Shown: piece by piece, positions 50,765-58,965 of the stretch
Layout of the letters: every line of letters begins with the position of its first letter
Numbering within the stretch: the stretch's first letter is position 1
Assembly (NCBI GenBank): GCA_910586035.1
Contig: CAJUHT010000005.1
Location: 18,818 to 82,817 of the forward strand
Direction: 5' to 3'
DNA: 64,000 bases
From: an uncultured Christensenella sp.
Lineage (GTDB): Bacteria; Bacillota; Clostridia; Christensenellales; Borkfalkiaceae
Notes under the pieces: model-generated
Seen by the model: only the letters and a program-made list of their open reading frames with translations
Database searches by the model: none
What the model was told of the DNA's origin: nothing
Program-made: the position numbers and the translations under genes

Positions 50765-53635
50765 TCAAAGCCTGAATTTTGCGTTGTAAACGGCAAACGT
50801 AAGCCAGCCGTTGCCCACGCCCATTCCGCCGTCGACGTTCGCGTCTATAAGCTTGTTTATGATGTCTACGATTTGAGCGTTGGCTTTTACAAGTCCGTAG
50901 GTGGGAGAGCTTTCGTCTTCCTCTCTGGCTTTGCCCAGATACTCTTCCATAACCGCCTGATATTCGTCGCCGTATTTAATGTGTTTTGCGAATACGGAAT
51001 CTCTTATAAGGAATTCCAGAGGGTTATAGCTGTAACCTATGTTGCTCATAAAGTAGCTTCCGTATATCATATCGATATATATCGGCTGGTCCAAAAGCAG
51101 GTTGCCCTTTGCGTCTTTCAGGTAGTAGCAGTCGGTTTCCTTGTCATAGCCAACGTCTACGGCAAGATAGCGAAGAACTTCTTTCCCGTCGATTTGAACG
51201 GTAGTCCAGGCGCCGCCATCCGTAGAACATACAAGCATTTTCTCGTAAGTTTCGCCGAGATATTTAATCTCGAAGTCGTAGTAAGTTGTGTATTGGGGAA
51301 TATTTTCAAGGTAGAGGAACACGCTTTCGCCCGCTTTAAGCGTAAGATAAGTGTTAAAGCCCTCGTACTCTTCGCCCTGGAACACGTCAAAATCGCGCGG
51401 CTCAACGTTGGAAGTTATATATTCGTCGTTTACGCTGTACACGGAAATTTGAGGCGCCGCAGGGGTGTAACCGTTTTCGTCGGGCTCGTTGCCTTCGGGC
51501 GAACATCCGCTGGTATAAGAGCGCACGTTGTATACGCCGGTTTTATTTGCGGTGAATTTGTAGTAACTGCCGTTGTGCGCAAGCTGTAAAGGATATTTTA
51601 TATCGGCAATGTTTCTTCCCGTCTTTTCATTGTACTTGTCGGAAGTTTTAAGCGCGGGGTCGTCCTTTTCGTAAGCCTGATAGCAGTTGTATTTCGTAAG
51701 TCCGCGCGTATAGTCTACATTTACGTTACACGTTTCGTTGCCCGTGTGCGACAAATCGTCGCTGCCGTAATGGTCGTAATAATAGCAGAATTCAAGCCAT
51801 TCGTCCTTGTGCGCCTTGCCGCCCTCGTAGTCGTTTACAAACGCGTCGAGCCATTCCTTTAAGAGGGGCGTTACGGGCATAAGATAGTAGGGGGCGGGCA
51901 TATATCTGAAAATCTGCACGTATACGGTATACGCCTCCGTAACGTCTACGCCGCCTATTATTACGGTGCTGTTTTCGGAATTGAAATAGTTTTCCGCCGT
52001 CATATTGAACAGCGTGTTGTAGACAACCGTGCCGTTTTCTCCTTCGGAAGTGTTGCCGGTGTGCAGCTCGCTCCAAGGAGTTACGTTGTTGACCGTCGCA
52101 TATATCAGCGCGCCGTCGGCGGTGTCCTTGTGGTAGAAGCCGTCGCTTCCCAATACTGCGTTTACGTAGTGCCCGTACTTAAAGTCGGTTACTTCGCCCG
52201 AAGCGCAGGTGCGCACAACGTCGATAGGGGTGGTAATCGCGCTGTTGTCCGCAAGGTGAATGTTTCTTATCTTGGCAACGTCGTCGCCTATGCTGTCGTC
52301 GTCGGCGGGGTCCTTGCGGAATGCAAACGCAAGTTCAACCTTTTTGTCGCGGTCGGCAACGTAAATGTCAACTGAATGCCAGCCGCCCTCGCCCGACCAG
52401 CCGTCGCCGTTTATGGGCGAGCCGTCAAGCATAACGTATAAAATGTCCCTGTTGGGCTCTGAGGAAACGTTGTACTCGAAAGAAAGTACCTGACCTTCCT
52501 TCATTTCCAAGTCGGCGTAAATAATCGAGTAGGAGTTGCCCTTGCCCTTGTTGGAGGAGTAGATATAGCTTCCTTCGCTGTCGGAGCCTACAAGCCAGGG
52601 CCAGGAATATTCGTCGTCGTCCGCGCGGTAGGTCGCGTCGAAGCCGTCGCCGTTTACCGCCGCCTCTATTTCGGAGGACGCGGGCATTTTAACGTCGGGC
52701 TTCTCCCTGCCGTCCTCGGTGTCGCCGCCGCTTCCGTCGGAGTTAGCCACGTTTTGAACGTAGTTGTCAGAGCAGTAGTCGGCAAACAGTTTTCTCCAAA
52801 ACGAGGTGGAGGGTTCGCTACCCGCGGAAATGGCGGCTATCAAACCGTATCTGTCGATAACTACGGTGGTGGGGAAGCTTCTTACGCCGAACGCGTTGCC
52901 AAGCCCCCAATCCATACCCATAGGGAAAGTTATGTTGTTGGATTCGGCAAACGCCGCTACTTTTTCGTTGTTGTCGCCGTACGAGGTGGAGCAGATTGCA
53001 AGCACCTCGACGTCGTTGTGCGAAGCCTTTCTGTTTGCGTATTCGGCTTGCAGATAGGGGAATTCCGCCCTGCAAGGACCGCACTGGGAATACCAGAAGT
53101 TTAACACTACCGCCTTTTTGCCCGAAGCGAACAGCTCGGAAAGCACGTGCCTGTTGCCGTTGCTGTCGGTAAATGTGAAATCTTTCATTATCGTGCCAAG
53201 CTTATAGCTCGCCGCCTCTCCCGAGGAAGAGCCTATAAGTTTGGAGGGCAGTTTTATGGTAACGTCGTCGCGTTTGGCGGGGTTGGTCTTGTATACCGCG
53301 TCCGTTACGGAGTAGCCTGCGGGCAAAGATTCTTCGTCCACGACGAGGGTATACTCGCCGAGGGAAATGCCGAACTCTATCTTTCCGCCTTTGGAAATGC
53401 CGAGCTTAACCGTCTGCCCTTGGGAGTTTTTTGCCGCAACGCGCACGCCGTCAAGCTTTAAACCGCCTTCGGAAAGCACGTTTACCACGTACTTTTCGCC
53501 AACAACGGGCTGTTCGCCCTGATTGGCTTGGTTGATAAAGTTGGGGTAGACGGTGTTTCCGCCCGTACAGCCCGCCATACCCATCGTCAGCAATACCGCG
53601 GTTAAACCCGCAATAAATTTAACAGATTTTTTCAT
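50765..53635 (-). CDS. Giant lipoprotein with prealbumin-like module and TlpA-like thioredoxin (redoxin) domain; C-terminal ~650 aa unassigned
   Basis: 956 aa. Lipobox GMAG|C. YVVNVLSEGGLKLDGVRVAAKNSQGQ...LPAGYSV. Redoxin block MKDFTFTDSNGNRHVLSELFASGKKAVVLNFWYSQCGPCRAEFPYLQ (CGPC at nt 53072-53083 on the minus strand) and FPTTVVIDRYG. Confidence 0.75.
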   Translation of the reverse strand: MKKSVKFIAGLTAVLLTMGMAGCTGGNTVYPNFINQANQGEQPVVGEKYVVNVLSEGGLKLDGVRVAAKNSQGQTVKLGISKGGKIEFGISLGEYTLVVDEESLPAGYSVTDAVYKTNPAKRDDVTIKLPSKLIGSSSGEAASYKLGTIMKDFTFTDSNGNRHVLSELFASGKKAVVLNFWYSQCGPCRAEFPYLQAEYANRKASHNDVEVLAICSTSYGDNNEKVAAFAESNNITFPMGMDWGLGNAFGVRSFPTTVVIDRYGLIAAISAGSEPSTSFWRKLFADYCSDNYVQNVANSDGSGGDTEDGREKPDVKMPASSEIEAAVNGDGFDATYRADDDEYSWPWLVGSDSEGSYIYSSNKGKGNSYSIIYADLEMKEGQVLSFEYNVSSEPNRDILYVMLDGSPINGDGWSGEGGWHSVDIYVADRDKKVELAFAFRKDPADDDSIGDDVAKIRNIHLADNSAITTPIDVVRTCASGEVTDFKYGHYVNAVLGSDGFYHKDTADGALIYATVNNVTPWSELHTGNTSEGENGTVVYNTLFNMTAENYFNSENSTVIIGGVDVTEAYTVYVQIFRYMPAPYYLMPVTPLLKEWLDAFVNDYEGGKAHKDEWLEFCYYYDHYGSDDLSHTGNETCNVNVDYTRGLTKYNCYQAYEKDDPALKTSDKYNEKTGRNIADIKYPLQLAHNGSYYKFTANKTGVYNVRSYTSGCSPEGNEPDENGYTPAAPQISVYSVNDEYITSNVEPRDFDVFQGEEYEGFNTYLTLKAGESVFLYLENIPQYTTYYDFEIKYLGETYEKMLVCSTDGGAWTTVQIDGKEVLRYLAVDVGYDKETDCYYLKDAKGNLLLDQPIYIDMIYGSYFMSNIGYSYNPLEFLIRDSVFAKHIKYGDEYQAVMEEYLGKAREEDESSPTYGLVKANAQIVDIINKLIDANVDGGMGVGNGWLTFAVYNAKFRL

Positions 53636-53682
53636 AGTTACCTTCGTACAAACGCATAAAAGCGCATTTTATAATTTACTCT

Positions 53683-53711
53683 ATTTTATAATATGGTCGC
53701 GTAAAAGTCAA
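53683..53711 (-). promoter_or_regulatory. Promoter of the 956-aa thioredoxin-fold lipoprotein operon
   Basis: Minus strand: TTGACT (53711-53706), 17 nt, TAAAAT (53688-53683). Confidence 0.5.
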
Positions 53712-53776
53712 TAAATTATGCGCGCCGCCCGTCAATTTGAGGGTATAAATAATATTTATGCGCCTTAAAAGCGGCG

Positions 53777-53819
53777 TTTATGCAATAAATTAGAGTTTAT
53801 TCATAAATTATTGCATAAA
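53777..53819. promoter_or_regulatory. 12-nt perfect inverted repeat TTTATGCAATAA-N19-TTATTGCATAAA
   Basis: Arms at 53777-53788 and 53808-53819 are exact reverse complements. The element lies between the asparaginase-like stop (53827) and the 53683-53711 promoter. Confidence 0.4.
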
Positions 53820-53826
53820 TTTGCCG

Positions 53827-54858
53827 TTAAACGACGGGGAAGGGTATTTTTTCAAACGCAATCTCTCTGTTGAGGTACGCGTCGGCGGAAAGCCCCGCGC
53901 CCAGCGCGCTCATAATCTTTACAATCGTCATTTCAATCGTCAAATCGTACGCGATTGAAACGTTTTCGGGAATTTCGTTCATACTTGCGTACACGCCCGC
54001 GCGGCTCATTACGGGGGCTAGGACTACGGGCACGCCGCAAGCCTTGCAGTAATTGGCGAACAGCTTAAAGTTGAGCGCTTCGCCCTCGGTGCAAACCGTG
54101 CCGCTGTGCGAAAGCTCTATAATTACGGCTTTCGGTTTTACGTTATCGAAATCGTATACCGAAAAATTGAGCAGAGAGCGCATAGTTATAAGCATAATCT
54201 TGTCGCACAGCGCGCTTTCGCAGGGGGTAGCCGCGTTTTCTTTTACGGCGTTTACGGCGGGAAGCAGGGGGGAGGAGTTGTATATAACTTTTCCGTCCGC
54301 TATTTCCGCAAAGTGCGCGCCCAGCGCGCTGTGGTAAAAGCCGTTTATTTCGTCGGGGTATACGAGGCGGGAGCCGAGGTGTATTTTGCAGTTTTCGCCG
54401 TCGTTGGCAAAAGCGCAGTAAACGCCGCCGAGTTTGGCTTGCGTTATAAAGTCTACCGCGCCGGCAAAGTTTTTAAGCCCGTTGCTTCTCCTGTCGGAGA
54501 GGGGGTACAGCGCCGAAACGAAAACTATGGGTTTGGGAAAGGAGCAGAATACCTGACTGAACCAGTTTACGGTAAAGCACAGCGTATCCGTGCCGTGTGT
54601 TATTATAACGCCTTCGCAACGGGATATGTCCGCCTCTTTTACGCAATCGTACAGTTTTTTAAGGTCGGCGGGCTGGACGTTTTCGCTTAAAATATTTATG
54701 GGCGTAAGTATTTCGAAGTCTACGCCGTCGCCCGCGTATTCGCGGTACTTTTCTATCAGCGCCTTTTTGCTTGCGCCGCTTAAAGAAATGCTTTTACCCT
54801 CGCAATCGCTGCCTATCGTGCCGCCGGTAAAAATTACCAGCACAGTTTTTTTAGCCAT
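53827..54858 (-). CDS. Type I L-asparaginase-like protein
   Basis: The longest ORF opens at 55089. SD AAGGAG plus ATG 54858 gives MAKKTVLVIFTGGTIGS (the TGGTI motif). There is also a second motif, ITHGTDTL. 343 aa. Confidence 0.8.
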   Translation of the reverse strand: MAKKTVLVIFTGGTIGSDCEGKSISLSGASKKALIEKYREYAGDGVDFEILTPINILSENVQPADLKKLYDCVKEADISRCEGVIITHGTDTLCFTVNWFSQVFCSFPKPIVFVSALYPLSDRRSNGLKNFAGAVDFITQAKLGGVYCAFANDGENCKIHLGSRLVYPDEINGFYHSALGAHFAEIADGKVIYNSSPLLPAVNAVKENAATPCESALCDKIMLITMRSLLNFSVYDFDNVKPKAVIIELSHSGTVCTEGEALNFKLFANYCKACGVPVVLAPVMSRAGVYASMNEIPENVSIAYDLTIEMTIVKIMSALGAGLSADAYLNREIAFEKIPFPVV

Positions 54859-54885
54859 AAAACTCTCCTTGAAATGTGTAGTTTG

Positions 54886-54914
54886 AGTATACCCCGCCGC
54901 ATAAAAAAAGTCAA
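54886..54914 (-). promoter_or_regulatory. Promoter of the asparaginase-like gene
   Basis: Minus strand: TTGACT (54914-54909), 17 nt, TATACT (54891-54886). Confidence 0.45.
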
Positions 54915-54934
54915 CGCTTAATTTGCGGTTGCTA

Positions 54935-54963
54935 TTGATTATCGCCTTCGGGCGTGATATAAT
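54935..54963 (+). promoter_or_regulatory. Extended -10 promoter of the Fe-ADH gene
   Basis: TTGATT (54935-54940), 17 nt, TG-a-TATAAT (54955-54963). Confidence 0.5.
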
Positions 54964-54994
54964 GTCAGTACAGATAATAAAAGGGGAAACAACA

Positions 54995-56176
54995 ATGCAC
55001 GATTTTATATACCGCGCGCCTACCGAGGTGCATTTCGGTAAGAACAGCGACGGGGAAATAACAAATTTAATTGCCGCAAGGGGGTGCAAGCGCGTGCTTG
55101 TGCACTACGGTATGCAGAGCGCCGTTGAAAGCGGACTGATAAAGCGGGTAATCTGGGCGGTGGAACGCGCCGGCGCAAAGACGGCGGAACTCGGCGGAGT
55201 GCGCCCCAATCCTCGCCTTTCGCTTGTGCGGCAGGGCATAGAACTGTGCAGGAGAGAGGGCGTAGACTTCATTTTGGCGGTGGGCGGCGGAAGCGTAATC
55301 GATTCGGCAAAGGCGATTGGTATGGGCGTTGCCGAAGGGGGCGACGTGTGGGACTTCTACTGCAATAAGCGCACGCCCGAAAAGTCTTTGCCCGTCGGCG
55401 TAGTTTTAACGGTTGCCGCGGCGGGCAGCGAAATGAGCAAGTCCTCGGTTATAACCAACGATGAAATATGTGTAAAGTGCGGCAGAAACGCGGAAATTTC
55501 CCGCCCCGTGTTTGCGATTTTAAACCCCGAGCTTACCGTATCCGTGCCCAAGTATCCCACGGCGTGCGGCTGTGCGGACATACTTATGCACACCCTCGAA
55601 AGGTATATAGCGGGCGGCGGCAGTTTAAAACTTACCGACAGCCTTGCCGAAGCGCTTATGACCTCTGTTATAGCTTCGTCAAAGGCGGTTATGAAAAATC
55701 TTGGCGACTACGACGCGCGCGCCAATTTAATGTGGGCGGGCAGTTTATCTCACAACGGACTTATGAGTTGCGGCGGCGACGGCGGCGATTGGTGTACTCA
55801 CTCGTTGGGGCACGAAATTTCCGCGCTTTACGACGTGGCGCACGGCGCTTCGCTTACTGCGGTTTGGGGCTCCTGGGCGAGATACGTTTATAAAAACTGC
55901 TTGAACCGCTTCCATAAATTCGCCGTGCAGGTAATGGGCGTACGCCCCAACGGCACGCGGGAAGAGCTGGCTTTAAAGGGTATAGAGGCTTGCGAGGAGT
56001 GGTTTGAAAGTCTTGGGTTGCCCGTATCTATTAAGCAGTTGGGGGTAAACCCTACCGAGGAAGATTTGAGCCTTATGGCGCGCAAGTGGGCGCGAAACAA
56101 CGGCGGACAGAAGGGCAGTTGCAAACCGTTGAAGGAAGAGGACGCGCTTAAAATTTATCGGGCGGCAAACAGATAA
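54995..56176 (+). CDS. Iron-containing (group III) alcohol dehydrogenase, butanol dehydrogenase/YqhD-like
   Basis: ATG 54995 after SD AAAGGGGA (the ORF track opens at 54923). 393 aa. MHDFIYRAPTEVHFGKN, AVGGGSVIDSAKAIG. His-rich metal site region CADILMHTLERY and HSLGHEISALYDVAHGASL. Confidence 0.9.
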   Translation: MHDFIYRAPTEVHFGKNSDGEITNLIAARGCKRVLVHYGMQSAVESGLIKRVIWAVERAGAKTAELGGVRPNPRLSLVRQGIELCRREGVDFILAVGGGSVIDSAKAIGMGVAEGGDVWDFYCNKRTPEKSLPVGVVLTVAAAGSEMSKSSVITNDEICVKCGRNAEISRPVFAILNPELTVSVPKYPTACGCADILMHTLERYIAGGGSLKLTDSLAEALMTSVIASSKAVMKNLGDYDARANLMWAGSLSHNGLMSCGGDGGDWCTHSLGHEISALYDVAHGASLTAVWGSWARYVYKNCLNRFHKFAVQVMGVRPNGTREELALKGIEACEEWFESLGLPVSIKQLGVNPTEEDLSLMARKWARNNGGQKGSCKPLKEEDALKIYRAANR

Positions 56177-56186
56177 GCGTAAATTT

Positions 56187-56226
56187 AAAACGCCCCCTGC
56201 GGAAAACTTCCGCAGGGGGCGTTTTT
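56187..56226. terminator. Bidirectional terminator between the Fe-ADH and YitT genes
   Basis: AAAACGCCCCCTGCGGAA (56187-56204) pairs with TTCCGCAGGGGGCGTTTT (56208-56225). A-run upstream and T-run downstream. Confidence 0.85.
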
Positions 56227-56234
56227 CTAACGTT

Positions 56235-57128
56235 TTAAAGCTCGGCGTCGTCCTGATTTTTGTACCCTTCGCCGTAAATTTCCTTGGCGGATGAAACTAT
56301 CATAAACGCCTTTTTGTCCTCTTCGCGCACGACGTCGCGCAGACGGGGGTAAAGAAAGGGCTTTACTACGCACATAAGCATTACCTTGTCTTCCTTGGTG
56401 TACGCGCCTTTCGCGTCTATTATCGTCGCGCCAGTGTCCACGTCTTTCAATATCCGTTCCAAAAGCCGTTCGTATTTGTCTTTGGCGGTTATAATAAATA
56501 CCGTTTTAGCCGTGTTGCCTCCGTACAGTACCCAGTCGAAAACCAAAGTAAACACAACCGTGGAAAGCGCGGTGTAGAATAGTTTTTCCAAGTCGTAACC
56601 GTTGACGAACAGCGAGCAGGCTACGATTACCATATCCGTGGCGAGCGCGATTACGCCCGTTTTAAGGTGTCTGAACTTTTTGCGCAACAGCTTTACTATT
56701 ACGTCGGTGCCCGCGGTGGAAGCGCCCATTCTGAAAATCATAGCCATACCAACGCCGAACAGCACTCCGCCCGTTACGGCGTTTACAAGTATGTTTCCGT
56801 TTGCTAACGGCAAAATTTTTACAACCTTTGTAAATATGTACTTCCACAAGTCCATTAAAAGGGAGGAAAGCACGGTTGCAAACCCCGTGGAAACCAAAAA
56901 CCGCCAGCCGAAAAATATCAGCCCCAATATCAGCATAGGTATATTGAGAATTATAAGTATGATGCCGTTGTCGAGCGGAACGCCCGGTATCTTGCTTATA
57001 ATAATCGATATGCCCGTCATTCCGCCTGCCGAAAGGTCGGCGGGGTCGACGAACATTGCAATGCCGATGGAGTAGATTATACAGCCCAACGTAATAATGG
57101 CGTATTGCTTTAATACGCCCAAAACCAT
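56235..57128 (-). CDS. YitT-family membrane protein (DUF2179 C-terminal domain)
   Basis: Polytopic N-terminal part plus the C-terminal block DTGATIIDAKGAYTKEDKVMLMCVVKPFLYPRLRDVV. The longest ORF begins at TTG 57233, but that triplet is part of a TTGACA -35 box. ATG 57128 is chosen (297 aa). ATG 57206 is an alternative. No candidate has a good SD. Confidence 0.75.
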   Translation of the reverse strand: MVLGVLKQYAIITLGCIIYSIGIAMFVDPADLSAGGMTGISIIISKIPGVPLDNGIILIILNIPMLILGLIFFGWRFLVSTGFATVLSSLLMDLWKYIFTKVVKILPLANGNILVNAVTGGVLFGVGMAMIFRMGASTAGTDVIVKLLRKKFRHLKTGVIALATDMVIVACSLFVNGYDLEKLFYTALSTVVFTLVFDWVLYGGNTAKTVFIITAKDKYERLLERILKDVDTGATIIDAKGAYTKEDKVMLMCVVKPFLYPRLRDVVREEDKKAFMIVSSAKEIYGEGYKNQDDAEL

Positions 57129-57204
57129 TTTCTTTTTGTCGGGTTTAACCGCCGCGGTTTTTTCGTCTTTGTTTAATTCTTCCAAATTGTTTTCCACAAA
57201 GAAC

Positions 57205-57233
57205 ATTATAAAATCTAATAGCCCGCGTGTCAA
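57205..57233 (-). promoter_or_regulatory. Consensus promoter of the YitT-family gene
   Basis: Minus strand: TTGACA (57233-57228), 17 nt, TATAAT (57210-57205). Both hexamers are perfect. Confidence 0.55.
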
Positions 57234-57330
57234 CTATCGCCCGCCGTTTTCTTTACTTTTTTATAATAAGGATATATAATGTAACTCGTGCGGGCGGGTT
57301 CCGCACGTAAATTTTTCGGGGAGGGGTACC

Positions 57331-58944
57331 GTGGCTAAGGGAGCAAAAGTCAAAAGAAAGTATACGCTGTTTACCGGCAAACAGCTGTTGTGGCTGATAC
57401 TGCCTATTGTTATCGAGCAGATTTTTTCCACTTCGCTGGGTATGTTCGACTCCATTATGATTTCGCATATCCCCACCGACGGAAGCAACGCCAGCCTTGC
57501 CGTGGGCAACGTCGACTACATAAACAACCTCATTATCCAGCTTTTTTCGGCGTTTGCAACGGGCGGCGCAATTATTACGTCGCAATATCTCGGCGCGCAG
57601 GATAACGCCAACGCAAACAAGAGCGCCAAGCAGATGCTTGTGCTCGTCATTTTAATTTCGCTTGGTATAGGCGGGCTTTGCCTCGCCCTAAACTGGCCTA
57701 TACTCAGGTTGTTCTACCCCGACGTGGCTACCAAATCGCCCGTGGCTTTCAATTACCAGCAAATTTATTTTTACGTAACTGCGGCGTCGTTTCCGTTTAT
57801 AGGACTTTTCAACGCCTGCGCCGCGCTTTTAAGGGTGCAGAGGAAGAGCTTTTTTACAATGGTCAGCGCGGCTATAAGCTGCGTTCTTAACGTGGGTCTG
57901 AACGCCGTGTTCCTGTTCGTGGTAAAAATGGGCGTGTTGGGCGCGGGGCTTGCAACCCTCATTTGCCGCGCAATTCCCGCAATATTTATGCTGGTGCTGT
58001 TGGGCAGGAAGAACAATACCGTCCGCGTGAGCATATTCGAAAAATTCCGCTTCGACGGGCAGATGCTTAAAAAGATTTTAAAAATAGCCGTGCCCAGCGG
58101 CGTGGAGAGCTGTCTTTTCCAGCTGGGCAAGCTTATGACCAACACGTTCGTAAACGCGGGTTGCTACGTAAACCCCGTGCTGGACGCGGCTGGCAACTAC
58201 ACTTACGACGCCAACGGCGATTTGATTACCATAAATTTGCAGGCTAACGGCAACACAATCGCCAACCAGATTAACAACATTGCCTCGGTAGTAGGCGGCG
58301 GCGTGGGTACTTCCTGCCTTACGGTAATAGGTCAGGCGGTCGGCACGGGCGACGCGGAGCAGTGCAAGCACTATATGAAAAAGATGTTCCTTCTTTCGTA
58401 TATTGCCAACGGCATATGTTGCGGAATAATTCTCGCCCTCGTGCCCGTAATAGTCAATATGTATGGCTTTGCCTTGGAAGCCAAGGAAATAGGCAAACAG
58501 TGCCTTTACTTCTGCCTGTGCTTCCAATTTGTAACCTATCCGCTGTCGTTTACGACTCCCGCCATATTAAAGGCTACAAGCGACGTAAAGTACGTTATGT
58601 TCAGCGCGGTCGCGTCTATGTTCATAATGCGCGTTGGGCTGGCGTTTTTGCTCACCACCGATAAAATCGCAGGTCTGCCCAAGCTCGGCGCGTTCGGCTA
58701 CTGGATAGGTATGTGTTCCGATTGGGTACTGCGCTCCGTCCTCTTCTTGACAAGGCTGTTGACGGGCAGGTGGAAAAAGGCTTCGGGGCTTATAAAGGAG
58801 CCCGCGCCCGCCGCCGTAGCCGCGGAAGGGGGAGGCGAGTTGCCGCAAGCGACGGACGGTGAAGTTGCAAGCGCGCTTGAATTCGAAGTTGCGCCCGCCG
58901 AGGAAGAAACTGCGGACAAAGACGGCGAAAATACCGTTGAATAG
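57331..58944 (+). CDS. MATE-family efflux transporter with ~55-aa acidic C-terminal tail
   Basis: GTG start after SD GGGGAGGGG. 537 aa. About 12 TM helices. N-terminal MATE block LLWLILPIVIEQIFSTSLGMFDSIMISHI. Tail EPAPAAVAAEGGGELPQATDGEVASALEFEVAPAEEETADKDGENTVE. Confidence 0.85.
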   Translation: MAKGAKVKRKYTLFTGKQLLWLILPIVIEQIFSTSLGMFDSIMISHIPTDGSNASLAVGNVDYINNLIIQLFSAFATGGAIITSQYLGAQDNANANKSAKQMLVLVILISLGIGGLCLALNWPILRLFYPDVATKSPVAFNYQQIYFYVTAASFPFIGLFNACAALLRVQRKSFFTMVSAAISCVLNVGLNAVFLFVVKMGVLGAGLATLICRAIPAIFMLVLLGRKNNTVRVSIFEKFRFDGQMLKKILKIAVPSGVESCLFQLGKLMTNTFVNAGCYVNPVLDAAGNYTYDANGDLITINLQANGNTIANQINNIASVVGGGVGTSCLTVIGQAVGTGDAEQCKHYMKKMFLLSYIANGICCGIILALVPVIVNMYGFALEAKEIGKQCLYFCLCFQFVTYPLSFTTPAILKATSDVKYVMFSAVASMFIMRVGLAFLLTTDKIAGLPKLGAFGYWIGMCSDWVLRSVLFLTRLLTGRWKKASGLIKEPAPAAVAAEGGGELPQATDGEVASALEFEVAPAEEETADKDGENTVE

Positions 58945-58965
58945 GGCATATTAAGGGGGCAATCT

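Noticed and set aside
54859-55089. Upstream extensions of the asparaginase-like ORF (to 55089), of the Fe-ADH ORF (54923-54994) and of the HIT ORF (62481-62546).
   Set aside because: Each extension runs through the promoter/SD region of the gene. Internal ATGs preceded by good SD sequences yield canonical family N-termini (MAKKTVLVIFTGGTIGS, MHDFIYRAPTEVHFG, MKDCNCGYC).
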